NCBI GenBank assembly: GCA_023819035.1
Contig: JAMWCL010000017.1
Span: 1 to 26,854, forward strand
DNA: 26,854 bases
Direction: 5' to 3'
Origin: Candidatus Omnitrophota bacterium
Lineage (GTDB): Bacteria; Omnitrophota; Gorgyraeia; Gygaellales; Profunditerraquicolaceae
Shown: positions 1 to 9,621 of the stretch, piece by piece
How positions within the stretch are numbered: the stretch's first letter is position 1
How the letters are laid out: each line of letters begins with the position of its first letter
Position numbers and translations under genes: made by a program
The notes under the pieces: model-generated
What the model was told of the DNA's origin: nothing
Databases searched by the model: none
Seen by the model: the letters and a program-made list of their open reading frames with translations, nothing else

Positions 1-854
1 TCTCAAATCAAACTGCACTTGCCATTGAGAACTGTCAGTTCTACTCCTTAGAGAGACAACGCCAGCATTTAAGGCGTATTGCCTCATTAGACCGGCAGAT
101 TGACTGTATGGCCCATGAGATGGACAACCCCATCCATGTCACCTTAACCACCTTAGGAAGCATTGACCTTGCCCTGGATGAGCTAAAAGAAATTATACCT
201 TCTGATAAGATGGATTATCTTAAAAATAAACTCTTGCGGGTTGAATTCAATCTTAAGCGCGTTTCAAAGATGATCTCCGCAGTTAAGGAATTCACCAAGC
301 CTACTACAGGAGAACTTTTACCGGTAACCTTACAGAGCATCATCTCATCCTTTGAAGCAATCTTCAGTCCGCAGATCCATTACTATGGGATTGATTTTTT
401 TATCCAGATTCCCAAAGAGCCCATCTGGCTAAGGGCAAATAAGGTAGAGCTTGAGCAGGTCTTGGTTAACTTAGGCACAAATGCGGTGCAGGCGATAAGA
501 GAGGTGCCCAAGGAGAACAAAAAGGAGATAACTTTAAAAGCCTACAAAAAGGATGCTGATACCCTCAGGATAGATTTTACTGACACAGGTTGTGGTATAG
601 AAGAGAGGCTTTTGGAGGATATCTTTCTGGATTTTGTAACTACTAAGGCCTCTTCAGAAGGAACCGGTTTAGGTTTAGCCATATCAAGGAAGATTATTCA
701 AAGGCATAAAGGAAGGATATGGGCGGAGTCAGAGGGAGTCGGAAAAGGAGCAATCTTCCACATTGAGCTACCGATTGCTAATGATGTGACTGAAGAGGAA
801 GAAAGAAGGTTTACCGATAAGCAAACTGAGGATAAGAGAAGTGAATTAATTTAA
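1..854 (+). CDS. sensor histidine kinase, C-terminal portion (gene starts upstream of window)
   Basis: Frame 3 is open from nt 3 with no stop before the ATG at 108, so the gene continues 5' of the window. H-box 'MAHEMDNPIHV'; N-box 'NLGTNAVQA'; G-boxes 'DTGCGI' and 'GTGLGLAISRKII' (HATPase_c). Confidence 0.85.
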   Translation, partial: SNQTALAIENCQFYSLERQRQHLRRIASLDRQIDCMAHEMDNPIHVTLTTLGSIDLALDELKEIIPSDKMDYLKNKLLRVEFNLKRVSKMISAVKEFTKPTTGELLPVTLQSIISSFEAIFSPQIHYYGIDFFIQIPKEPIWLRANKVELEQVLVNLGTNAVQAIREVPKENKKEITLKAYKKDADTLRIDFTDTGCGIEERLLEDIFLDFVTTKASSEGTGLGLAISRKIIQRHKGRIWAESEGVGKGAIFHIELPIANDVTEEEERRFTDKQTEDKRSELI

Positions 855-871
855 AGAAAGGGAGGGGATTT

Positions 872-1255
872 ATGCTTAAGCCAATAAAGATCTTGGTAAT
901 TGATGATGAGGAGGATATCTTAATTGAGACCAAGGAGATATTAGAAAAAAAAGGTTTCTGTGCCTATACTGCCTTGGATTCAGATAAGGCGTTAGAGTTA
1001 TTCCAAAAAGAAAGACCGCAGATTTGTCTTATCGATATTCACATGCCCCGCTCAAGATTAGATGGGATAAGAGTGCTGGAGGAGCTTCGCAAGCTCGATA
1101 AAACCAATTATTGCATTATGGTTACCAGGGTTGATGAACAAGATAAGATAGAGGCAGCTAAGAGATTCCAAGCTAACCGTTATGTTTTAAAGCCATTTAA
1201 TTATCATGAATTATTAGAATTAGTAGAGGAGGCAGTAAAAGCCCTGCAAAGATAA
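872..1255 (+). CDS. single-domain response regulator (CheY-like receiver)
   Basis: Strong SD 'AAAGGGAGGGG' 6-8 nt upstream. 'ILVIDDEEDI' acidic pocket, 'CLIDIHMP' phospho-acceptor Asp, conserved Lys in 'VLKPF'. 127 aa with no output domain. Follows the kinase by 17 nt. Confidence 0.85.
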   Translation: MLKPIKILVIDDEEDILIETKEILEKKGFCAYTALDSDKALELFQKERPQICLIDIHMPRSRLDGIRVLEELRKLDKTNYCIMVTRVDEQDKIEAAKRFQANRYVLKPFNYHELLELVEEAVKALQR

Positions 1256-1268
1256 GGAGACATAAAAG

Positions 1269-1634
1269 ATGGATGAGTCTACAAAAAAACAAGATATACC
1301 ACAACCAAAACCAGATCCTTACATCGAGGAACTCTTTCAAAGAATAAAAGAACAGAATATCACTATCGACCCTACTGTCTGGTCTTTGCTTACCCATGTT
1401 TTAGGAAATAGAACATATGCCATAATCCTTGCCTTAGGTGATTTCCTCTCAACCCCTCAATGGATACTTAATCTTGGCTCTTATCTTATGATATTCTTAT
1501 ACAAAATCTCTGGCGGTAGAGGTAAGATGTATACTATCCAAGAGTCTTTACAAAGAGCTTTAAATAATGCTTATATTATAAAAGATTTCTTAAAGCATTT
1601 AAGAGAGATAGCGGAGAAAAAGCCGGGATTTTAA
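1269..1634 (+). CDS. hypothetical protein (possibly membrane-associated; hydrophobic stretch 'YAIILALGDFLSTPQWILNLGSYLMIFLY')
   Basis: 121-aa ORF 13 nt after the response-regulator stop, co-directional. No recognisable motif. Confidence 0.45.
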   Translation: MDESTKKQDIPQPKPDPYIEELFQRIKEQNITIDPTVWSLLTHVLGNRTYAIILALGDFLSTPQWILNLGSYLMIFLYKISGGRGKMYTIQESLQRALNNAYIIKDFLKHLREIAEKKPGF

Positions 1635-1740
1635 TATTACAGATCACCGAGATTTTCTCAATTACGATTAAGAGAAAAAATGTTTGCGTAATTATTAGAC
1701 CATGGCCAGCCTCCATAGTTTCTTTCCATAAATTAAACTC

Positions 1741-1802
1741 TTGAGAAATTTATCTTTAACAAATATAATAATATATACACTATAAAAAATTTTTGGTATA
1801 AT
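1741..1802 (+). promoter_or_regulatory. sigma70-like promoter elements upstream of tRNA-Pro: TTGAGA-N17-TATAAT (1741-1769) and extended -10 TGGTATAAT (1794-1802)
   Basis: Hexamers read directly from the sequence. The second -10 lies about 28 nt before the tRNA 5' end, in a very AT-rich 200-nt non-coding gap. Confidence 0.35.
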
Positions 1803-1829
1803 ATCTTTTGTTTTTAATTGGGATAGAAT

Positions 1830-1905
1830 CGGGGGATGGCGCAGTTTGGTTTAGCGCGCTTGAATGGGGTTCAAGAGGTCGAGAGTTCAAATCTCTCTCC
1901 CCCGA
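1830..1905 (+). tRNA. tRNA-Pro (anticodon GGG)
   Basis: Hand-folded cloverleaf. Acceptor CGGGGGA/TCCCCCG with C1-G72 and A73 (typical bacterial tRNA-Pro). D-stem GCGC/GCGC. Anticodon stem CTTGA/TCAAG with loop ATGGGGT (U33, G34G35G36, G37). T-arm GAGAG-TTCAAAT-CTCTC. CCA not encoded. Confidence 0.9.
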
Positions 1906-1925
1906 TTTTAAAAAGGGTTTTTAAG

Positions 1926-2285
1926 ATGGGATATGAAGGAATAGAAAGGAGAAGATACCCCAGAATTAGTAATGCTCGCTTTATGGTATCGTATCGTATT
2001 CTAAAAGAAGAGGATAATGTAGATATTACCCAGAGCAAGAATATAAGTTTGGGAGGAATGCTTTTGACCACTAATAGGGAATTCAGTTCTGATACTTATC
2101 TTGTTTTGGAGATCAGATTGCCTTTTGATCCGGAGCCAATCAAGATTGTAGGCAGGGTAGTAAATTCAAAGAAGATAGTAAAAGATCTAATCTATGAGAC
2201 GCGCATCGAGTTTATATCTATAGACGAGAAACATAGAAATATACTTAGCCAGACAGTTAATTTTTACTCTAAAAAGAAAGGATAA
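1926..2285 (+). CDS. PilZ-domain protein (c-di-GMP receptor family), stand-alone
   Basis: 'ERRRYPRI' (RxxxR) and 'NISLGGML' (D/NxSxxG) PilZ motifs. The annotated start is the internal ATG at 1926. The longer ORF from 1836 overlaps the tRNA and is rejected. Confidence 0.7.
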   Translation: MGYEGIERRRYPRISNARFMVSYRILKEEDNVDITQSKNISLGGMLLTTNREFSSDTYLVLEIRLPFDPEPIKIVGRVVNSKKIVKDLIYETRIEFISIDEKHRNILSQTVNFYSKKKG

Positions 2286-2289
2286 ACGA

Positions 2290-3585
2290 ATGAAAAGTAT
2301 AAATGTAGGATTGATTGGTTTGGGAAATGTAGGTTCCGGGGTCTTTAAGATCCTTGAAGATAAAAAAGGTCTATTAAGTAAGAAGATCGGTCTTAAGATA
2401 AATGTTAAGAAGATCTGCGATAAGGATATTGTTTCCAAAAGGAATGTTTCTGTAAATAAGGGGCTTTTGACTAAGGATGTTAAAGAGATTCTTAATGACC
2501 CTCAGATAGATATTGTGATAGAGTTAATTGGAGGAATCCATCCTGCTAAGGAATATATAATGGAGGCATTAAAGAATGGTAAACATGTAGTTACCGCAAA
2601 CAAAGCGCTTCTTGCCCAGGAAGGAAAAGAGATATTTGCCTATGCTTCAGAGCGGGCAAAAAACATCTACTTTGAGGCCTCCGTAGGTGCAGGTATCCCG
2701 ATCATAAAATCTTTACGCGAAGGTTTGGTGGCGAATAGATTTTATAGTATATTTGGTATTGTAAACGGCACTACCAATTATATACTCTCGGAGATGTCTT
2801 ATAATAATCTTACCTTTAACGAAGCCTTATCCCAGGCAATCAAAAAAGGATTCGCAGAAAAGGATCCCAGCTTAGATATCATGGGAATCGATTCTGCACA
2901 TAAATTGATACTTTTAGTTTATCTTTGTTTTGGAAGATTAGTAAGTCTTGATGAGGTATTTATTGAGGGTATATCAGAAATCTCATTATTAGATGTAAGT
3001 TATGCCAAGGAATTGGGGTTTGAGATAAAATTATTAGCCACCGCTAAGAAACAAAGGGATGAGTTAGAGTTACGGGTTCAGCCCACCCTTATACCTAAAC
3101 GACATCTTTTATCCTCGGTCGGGGGAGTGTGCAATGCAATATTTGTCTCTTCGGATTTAGCAGGTGATCTTTTATTCTACGGACCTGGAGCGGGACGGAT
3201 GTCCGCTGCTTCCGCGGTAGTTGCGGATCTAGTAGACTTAACCCAGGATATAAAAGCAGGTCTTTTTAAACCTATCTTAAATATCTTATCTGATACCTCT
3301 ATAAAAAGACTGCGGAAGATAGAGGATTCAATAAGTAGATACTATATTCGCTTTATGGCAAAGGATCAACCCGGTGTGTTGGCAAGGATCTCCGGGATAT
3401 TGGCTAAGAATAACATTAGTATTGCCTCAGTTACCCAAAAGGAAAGAAAGAAGGCCTCGGTTGTACCTATTGTAATGGTTATTCATGAGGCAAAGGAAAG
3501 AAGTTTACGTTTAGCCTTGGAGGCAATCGACCGTTTGGAGGTCATAAAACAAAAATCAATAGCCATAAGAATAGAAGAGCTATGA
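2290..3585 (+). CDS. hom: homoserine dehydrogenase
   Basis: N-terminal NAD(P) fold 'VGLIGLGNVGSGV', catalytic core, C-terminal ACT domain ('YYIRFMAKDQPGVLARISGILA'). 431 aa. Confidence 0.9.
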   Translation: MKSINVGLIGLGNVGSGVFKILEDKKGLLSKKIGLKINVKKICDKDIVSKRNVSVNKGLLTKDVKEILNDPQIDIVIELIGGIHPAKEYIMEALKNGKHVVTANKALLAQEGKEIFAYASERAKNIYFEASVGAGIPIIKSLREGLVANRFYSIFGIVNGTTNYILSEMSYNNLTFNEALSQAIKKGFAEKDPSLDIMGIDSAHKLILLVYLCFGRLVSLDEVFIEGISEISLLDVSYAKELGFEIKLLATAKKQRDELELRVQPTLIPKRHLLSSVGGVCNAIFVSSDLAGDLLFYGPGAGRMSAASAVVADLVDLTQDIKAGLFKPILNILSDTSIKRLRKIEDSISRYYIRFMAKDQPGVLARISGILAKNNISIASVTQKERKKASVVPIVMVIHEAKERSLRLALEAIDRLEVIKQKSIAIRIEEL

Positions 3586-4670
3586 TTAATCCTTATAATT
3601 ACTGGGGTGTAATTGCCCGCTATAAAAAGTACCTACCTATAACCAATAGAACTCCCATTATAACCTTAAATGAAGGCAATACACCTTTACTTTATTCCGA
3701 ATATCTCAGCAATTTATTAGGGAAGGGTTTTAGGGTCTATTTAAAATACGAAGGGCTTAATCCCACGGGTTCCTTTAAAGATCGGGGTATGACTGTAGCA
3801 ATCTCTAAGGCTTTGGAGGAAAAAGCAAAGGCGGTAATCTGCGCCTCTACCGGAAATACCTCAGCTTCCGCAAGTGCCTATTCTGCTAAAGCAGGGATTA
3901 AATGCGTGGTATTAATTCCAGAAGGAGCAATTGCTTTAGGAAAATTAAGTCAGGCCCTTATCCACGGAGCAATCGTCTTAGCAGTCAGAGGCAATTTTGA
4001 TATTGCTTTAAATTTAGTAAGAGAGATTAGCGCTAAGTTTCCGATAACCCTGGTAAATTCCTTAAATCCCTATCGTATAGAAGGACAGAAAACTGCCAGC
4101 TTCGAGATCTGTGATGCCTTAGGCGATGCTCCGGATTTTCAGATTATGCCGGTAGGAAATGCAGGTAATATCACTGCTTACTGGAAGGGTTATAAGGAAT
4201 ATAAAGCCTTTGGTAAGATAAAAAAACTTCCTCGGATGTTAGGATTTCAAGCAGAAGGCGCAGCGCCGATTGTTAAAGGTCATATTATAAGAAATCCCCA
4301 GACCATTGCTACTGCCATTCGCATCGGTAATCCGGCTAGCTGGAAGCAAGCCGAGCTGGCGCGCGATGAATCGGGTGGACTTATTGATACGGTTTCGGAT
4401 AAGCAGATTCTTGATGCTTACCGATTATTAGCAGTAAAAGAAGGGCTTTTTGTAGAACCTGCCTCAGCAGCTTCCGTAGCAGGTTTGATAAAATTAAAAA
4501 AAATTGGTTATTTTGGAGGCAAAGTTCAAGGATTAAAAGGTATAACTACCATTGTTTGTATCTTAACCGGACACGGCCTAAAAGACCCCGATCGAACAAT
4601 TAAAACAGTTAAGCCACCGAAGATAGTACAGGCGGATTTAAAGGCAATATTAAAAGAAATAAATCTATAA
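3582..4670 (+). CDS. thrC: threonine synthase
   Basis: PLP-lysine motif 'PTGSFKDRGM'. 362 aa short-type ThrC. ATGA overlap with the hom stop. Confidence 0.9.
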   Translation: MINPYNYWGVIARYKKYLPITNRTPIITLNEGNTPLLYSEYLSNLLGKGFRVYLKYEGLNPTGSFKDRGMTVAISKALEEKAKAVICASTGNTSASASAYSAKAGIKCVVLIPEGAIALGKLSQALIHGAIVLAVRGNFDIALNLVREISAKFPITLVNSLNPYRIEGQKTASFEICDALGDAPDFQIMPVGNAGNITAYWKGYKEYKAFGKIKKLPRMLGFQAEGAAPIVKGHIIRNPQTIATAIRIGNPASWKQAELARDESGGLIDTVSDKQILDAYRLLAVKEGLFVEPASAASVAGLIKLKKIGYFGGKVQGLKGITTIVCILTGHGLKDPDRTIKTVKPPKIVQADLKAILKEINL

Positions 4671-4680
4671 AATATTAAGG

Positions 4681-4977
4681 ATGATGCAAGAGCGCAGAGC
4701 ATATTGGCGAGTTAATATCCAGGATAAGATCAGTTGTCAGATTATCGATGAACCCGATAGGCAATACCCGGTGACCGATATAAGCCCAGCAGGTATCTCG
4801 TTTAGTGCTGATCGTGAGTTTCCTATAGCCATGCTTTTACAGCTGAGGATAATCCTGAAGACATCTTCCTTTGTAGAAAAAAATGAGGTTACCGCAAAGG
4901 TTAACAATTGCCGAAGGCTTCAGGATAAATTCATAATCGGTTGTTCTTATGTAAGAAGAAATGAGCCTAAAGCATAA
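4681..4977 (+). CDS. PilZ-domain protein (second paralogue)
   Basis: 'ERRAYWRV' (RxxxR) and 'DISPAGISF' (DxSxxG). 98 aa. Its 3' end overlaps the coaB start by 17 nt. Confidence 0.65.
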   Translation: MMQERRAYWRVNIQDKISCQIIDEPDRQYPVTDISPAGISFSADREFPIAMLLQLRIILKTSSFVEKNEVTAKVNNCRRLQDKFIIGCSYVRRNEPKA

Positions 4978-5614
4978 ACGCATCCTCATTACTGCTGGGC
5001 CAACCTGGGTACCTGTGGATACAGTAAGGATAATCTCAAATATTGCTACTGGCCAGACAGGAATCTTGCTTGCGAAAAGGCTGCATCGTTTAGGGGCAAA
5101 GGTAAGTTTAATTTTAGGTCCGGTAGAGACTGCTAATTTAGGTAAGAAGATAAAGGTAATACGCTTTAAGTTCTTTAATGAGTTAAAAAAGATACTTTTT
5201 GATGAATTAAAAAATAAGGATTATGATATCCTGATACATTCGGCGGCGGTTTCTGACTATCGGCCAAAAATAAAATATCTAAGTAAAATAGAATCTGGTT
5301 TAAAAAGTTTAAATTTAAGATTAATGCCTACAGAAAAAATTATCGATAAAATAAAAAAAATTAAACCTTCTTTGTATCTGGTAGGTTTTAAGTTTGAACC
5401 CCAAAAAAATACCTCCTTTCTTTTAAAAAGGGCAGTTGAATTATTAAAAAGAGCAAAAGCAGATTTAGTAGTGGCAAATACCTTAGATAAAAATGGTGAT
5501 TATCGAGCATATGTTATCAATCAAGATAGGGTTTATGGTCCGATATCGGGGAAGTTAAATCTGGTAGAAAGATTGATAAAGATTATTCGAAATGTGCCTA
5601 TAAATAAAAGATGA
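4961..5614 (+). CDS. coaB: phosphopantothenate--cysteine ligase (stand-alone CoaB domain)
   Basis: 'ILITAGPTWVPVDTVRIISNIATGQTGILLA' matches the CoaB nucleotide-binding signature. No CoaC flavoprotein domain. 217 aa. Confidence 0.75.
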   Translation: MSLKHKRILITAGPTWVPVDTVRIISNIATGQTGILLAKRLHRLGAKVSLILGPVETANLGKKIKVIRFKFFNELKKILFDELKNKDYDILIHSAAVSDYRPKIKYLSKIESGLKSLNLRLMPTEKIIDKIKKIKPSLYLVGFKFEPQKNTSFLLKRAVELLKRAKADLVVANTLDKNGDYRAYVINQDRVYGPISGKLNLVERLIKIIRNVPINKR

Positions 5615-6813
5615 AGTATATTGTTTTAGTCGGGGATGGGATGGCAGATTATCCCATCGAGGAATTGGGTAACCGAACGCCCTTAGAGGCAGCCCGTATC
5701 CCTAATATGGATTTTCTTGCTAAGTATGGTTCATTAGGTAGGGTAAAGACTATACCCGAAGGTATGTCCGCTGGTTCAGATGTTGCTAATATATCTATTT
5801 TAGGTTATAATCCTAAGCAGTTTTATACAGGAAGAGGTCCTTTAGAGGCAGCTAATTTAGGTATAGAGATGGAGGGGGATGATGTGGCTTTTCGTTGTAA
5901 TCTTGTTACTGTTGCTGAGGATAAGCTGATAGATTATAGCTCAGGTCATATCAGTTCAAAAGAGGCTAGTTTGCTTATAAAATTTATTGATGAAAAATTA
6001 GGTACTCAGCGGATTAGGTTTTATCCCGGGGTAAGTTATCGCCATATTATGCTAGTTAAAAGAGGAGTAGAGGAGCATCTTGAGGATTTAGAATGTAAGC
6101 CACCCCATGATATCATGGGTCAATCTATCTCTAAAAATCTACCTAAGGGACAGAATGCAGAGATAATTATAAAATTGATGCGCGATTCTTTTAAGCTTTT
6201 AGAGAACCATGAGATAAATCTGGTAAGGGTTGATCTGGGTGAGAATCCGGCAAATATGCTTTGGTTATGGGGACAGGGTAAGAAACCAAATATACCAAGA
6301 TTTTCTGATAAGTATCAGCTTTCTGGAAGTATTATCTCGGCAGTAGATTTAATTAAAGGCTTAGGAAAGATATTAGGCTTAGAGGTAATTAATGTTCCTG
6401 GAGCTACTGGATATTATGATACAGATTATAAAGGTAAAGCCAAGGCAGCGATAAGGGTATTGGAGGATAAGGATTTTGTCTTCTTGCATGTGGAGGCACC
6501 CGATGAAGCAGGACATAACGGAGATCTGAGGGAAAAGATTACTGCGATTGAGAGGTTTGACCATCTTGTGGTAGGTACAATTCTGGATGCCTTCAAGCGA
6601 AAAAGAAATTTTCGGATATTGCTTCTACCTGATCACGCCACCCCACTTTCTTTAAGGACACATACTAAGGATATTGTTCCTTTTGTTATTTTTGGCAAGG
6701 AGATTATAGGAAGGGGATTCTTAAATTATAGTGAAAAGGAAGCAGAAAAATCTGACCTTTATTTTGAAAATGGTTATGAATTAATGGATTATTTTATAAA
6801 GGGTCAAAGATGA
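5611..6813 (+). CDS. ApgM-type cofactor-independent phosphoglycerate-mutase-like protein (alkaline-phosphatase superfamily, COG3635-like); candidate functional analogue of homoserine kinase
   Basis: N-terminus 'MKYIVLVGDGMADYPIEELGNRTPLEAARIPNMDFLAKYG...PEGMSAGSDVANISILGYNP' is typical of this family. It is embedded in the hom-thrC...lysC operon and overlaps both neighbours. Confidence 0.8.
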   Translation: MKYIVLVGDGMADYPIEELGNRTPLEAARIPNMDFLAKYGSLGRVKTIPEGMSAGSDVANISILGYNPKQFYTGRGPLEAANLGIEMEGDDVAFRCNLVTVAEDKLIDYSSGHISSKEASLLIKFIDEKLGTQRIRFYPGVSYRHIMLVKRGVEEHLEDLECKPPHDIMGQSISKNLPKGQNAEIIIKLMRDSFKLLENHEINLVRVDLGENPANMLWLWGQGKKPNIPRFSDKYQLSGSIISAVDLIKGLGKILGLEVINVPGATGYYDTDYKGKAKAAIRVLEDKDFVFLHVEAPDEAGHNGDLREKITAIERFDHLVVGTILDAFKRKRNFRILLLPDHATPLSLRTHTKDIVPFVIFGKEIIGRGFLNYSEKEAEKSDLYFENGYELMDYFIKGQR

Positions 6814-8402
6814 ATTCCTTAATTGTTGTTTTTATTTCTGGTTTACTGCTTTTCTGGGGATACAGATTTTATGCAAAAAAACTAGAGCCCCTCTGGTCAA
6901 TTGACCCAAAACGACCAACGCCTGCTTATTCTAAATATGATAGTATAGATTATATCCCCGCAAGAAACTGGTTGGTTCTTTTTGGTCATCATTTTGCTTC
7001 TATTGCAGGCGCGGGTCCAATTGTTGGCCCGGTGATTGCGGTGATGCTTTGGGGTTGGTTACCTGCCCTTATCTGGATAATTCTGGGAACAATCTTTATC
7101 GGAGGCGTCCACGATTTCGGTTCTTTAGTCACCTCCTTAAGAGAAAACGGTTCCTCGGTGGCTGATATTGCGTCAAAAGCAATCTCTAAAAAAGCCAAGA
7201 TAATCTTTTCTTTATTTGTATGGCTGGCTTTGATTTTGGTGATTGCGGTCTTCGCTTATCTATGTGCGGATATCTTTGTTAAGGAACCCAAGATTGTCTT
7301 GCCTTCTTTGGGTTTGATCCCGGTAGCGATGGTTGTGGGGTATCTAATGTATCGCTTTAAGGTAAATTCTTTATTCTCTACTATCCTGGGTCTAGTCCTT
7401 ATGGTGGGATTGTTATACGGGGCTAAGACCTTGACTATAAATATGGATTTAAAGTTCTGGTTTATTATTTTATTTATTTACGCTTACATTGCCTCGGTAT
7501 TACCTGTAAATATCTTACTTCAACCTCGCGATTATTTATCCAGTTTTTTATTATTCTTTGGTTTAGCAGTAGGTTATATAGGTCTATTTTTAAGACATCC
7601 TTGCATAACTCTACCCGCTTGTCATAGCTGGGAATCTTCGGAAGGGGCTCTATGGCCACTTCTTTTTGTTACAATTGCTTGTGGTGCAATTTCTGGATTC
7701 CATTCTTTAATCGCCAGTGGCACAACCTCAAAACAACTTCCTAACGAGCGTTACGCAAAAAGAATTGGTTACGGAGCAATGGTAACCGAGGCGCTTATGG
7801 CGGTATTGTCCATTATGATTGTGATTACCCTTTTTAGGCCAGAAGATAATCTTAAAACAATTTTAAAAGAGTTAGGACCGATGAAGATATATGGTAAAGG
7901 ATATGCTTTAATTACTGATAAATTATTAGGCAATCAAGGGGCGTTCTTAGGAATGATGATTCTTAATGCCTTTATTCTTACCACCTTAGATACCGCAACT
8001 CGGATTGCCCGTTATTTAACTGAGGAACTTTTTAGGATTAAAAATCATTATCTTTCCACCCTTATAATTGTCGGGTTAAGCGCAGGTTTAGCCATGAGTG
8101 GAAAATGGAATAGGCTCTGGCCGGTATTCGGTACAGCAAACCAATTGGTGGCAGCCCTGGTTTTATTTGTTTTAACCTGCTGGCTTTTATCTAAAGGTAA
8201 ACCCATAAGATTTACCATCTGGCCAGCGGTTTTTATGTTGGTTATCACTGTATCCTCATTGATTTTAGGTGCGATTAAGTATTTTTCTAATGAAAATAAA
8301 GAAATCCTGCTTTTTATTATCTCGGTTATCTTGGTAATCTTAGCATGTTTTATGTTCTGGGAGGTAATGCTTGTATTTAGGAGAATAAAAAGAAATGTCT
8401 AG
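6810..8402 (+). CDS. cstA: carbon starvation protein A family transporter (CstA-like)
   Basis: '[22 protein letters not shown]...GGVHDF' matches the conserved CstA N-terminal signature. Multi-pass membrane protein, 530 aa. Confidence 0.8.
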   Translation: MNSLIVVFISGLLLFWGYRFYAKKLEPLWSIDPKRPTPAYSKYDSIDYIPARNWLVLFGHHFASIAGAGPIVGPVIAVMLWGWLPALIWIILGTIFIGGVHDFGSLVTSLRENGSSVADIASKAISKKAKIIFSLFVWLALILVIAVFAYLCADIFVKEPKIVLPSLGLIPVAMVVGYLMYRFKVNSLFSTILGLVLMVGLLYGAKTLTINMDLKFWFIILFIYAYIASVLPVNILLQPRDYLSSFLLFFGLAVGYIGLFLRHPCITLPACHSWESSEGALWPLLFVTIACGAISGFHSLIASGTTSKQLPNERYAKRIGYGAMVTEALMAVLSIMIVITLFRPEDNLKTILKELGPMKIYGKGYALITDKLLGNQGAFLGMMILNAFILTTLDTATRIARYLTEELFRIKNHYLSTLIIVGLSAGLAMSGKWNRLWPVFGTANQLVAALVLFVLTCWLLSKGKPIRFTIWPAVFMLVITVSSLILGAIKYFSNENKEILLFIISVILVILACFMFWEVMLVFRRIKRNV

Positions 8403-9621
8403 GAGATTGATTGTGCAAAAATTTGGCGGTTCTTCGCTAGCAAATGTTAAGCGCATTCAAAGTGTGGCTAAAAGGATAGTAAGTTATAAAAAACAAGGCT
8501 GTGATCTAGTAGTGGTGGTCTCTGCATTGGGTGATACTACCGATGAATTAGTGGAGTTGGCACATAAGATTAATCCCGAACCATCAGAGCGAGAGATGGA
8601 TATGCTTTTATCTACCGGGGAGCAGATTTCGGTTGCCCTTTTAGCTATGGCGATCCATAAATTAGGTTATGAGGCGATCTCTTTTACCGGAGCACAGGTT
8701 GGAATTATTACTGATGCCAGTCACACCCGCGCGCGGATTATAAGAATAAATACTGATAAGATAAAAGAGGAGTTAAGAAAGGGAAGAATTGTAATTGTGG
8801 CGGGATTTCAAGGGGTAACCTTAAATCAGGATATCACTACTTTAGGTAGGGGAGGCTCGGATTTAACCGCTGTAGCTTTGGCCAAGGAGCTTAAGGTAGA
8901 TGAATGCCAAATCTACACCGATGTAGAAGGGGTCTATACTGCTGACCCGCGGATAGTTCCTCAGGCAAGGAAACTTAAATATATTACCTTTGATGAGATG
9001 TTAGAGATGGCATCTTTAGGAGCACAGGTTATGCAGGCAAGATCCATTGAGGTGGCAAAGAAATTTAATGTGACCATCCATGTAAGGTCTTCCTTTAATA
9101 ATAAACTAGGCACAATGATAGTTAAGGAGGTAAAAAAGATGGAGGAGGTAGTGGTAAGCGCGGTTACTCTAAATAAGAATGAAGCCAAGATTACTATCTG
9201 CGATGTTCCTGATCGGCCCGGTATAGCAGCTAAGCTTTTTAAGGAATTATCTTCTGCAGGAATAAATGTAGATATGATTGTACAGAATGTAAGTCATATT
9301 CGCAAAACTGATATCTCTTTTACCGTAAATAAACAAGATCTTTTAAAGACAGTAAAGGTGACTAAGAAAGTAGCAAAGGAAATCCGGGCGGGCGATGTAA
9401 TTCAGGATGAAGATATTGCGCGGGTTTCTATAGTGGGGGTAGGAATGAAGTCGCATCCAGGCGTGGCTGCGAATATGTTCGATACATTAGCGAAAAATAA
9501 AATAAATATTGAGATGATCTCTACCTCGGATATAAGTATATCCTGTATTATAAAGAAAAAATTCGCGGAGATAGCGGTTAGGGCTTTGCATGATAAATTT
9601 GGATTAAGTAAAAAAGGATGA
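8395..9621 (+). CDS. lysC: aspartate kinase
   Basis: '[15 protein letters not shown]', '[15 protein letters not shown]', and two C-terminal ACT domains. 408 aa. Confidence 0.9.
   Translation: MSRRLIVQKFGGSSLANVKRIQSVAKRIVSYKKQGCDLVVVVSALGDTTDELVELAHKINPEPSEREMDMLLSTGEQISVALLAMAIHKLGYEAISFTGAQVGIITDASHTRARIIRINTDKIKEELRKGRIVIVAGFQGVTLNQDITTLGRGGSDLTAVALAKELKVDECQIYTDVEGVYTADPRIVPQARKLKYITFDEMLEMASLGAQVMQARSIEVAKKFNVTIHVRSSFNNKLGTMIVKEVKKMEEVVVSAVTLNKNEAKITICDVPDRPGIAAKLFKELSSAGINVDMIVQNVSHIRKTDISFTVNKQDLLKTVKVTKKVAKEIRAGDVIQDEDIARVSIVGVGMKSHPGVAANMFDTLAKNKINIEMISTSDISISCIIKKKFAEIAVRALHDKFGLSKKG

Noticed and set aside
1836-1925. N-terminal extension 'MAQFGLARLNGVQEVESSNLSPPILKRVFK' of the ORF 1836-2285
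   Set aside because: It is a translation of the tRNA-Pro gene itself. The real PilZ protein most likely starts at the internal ATG at 1926.
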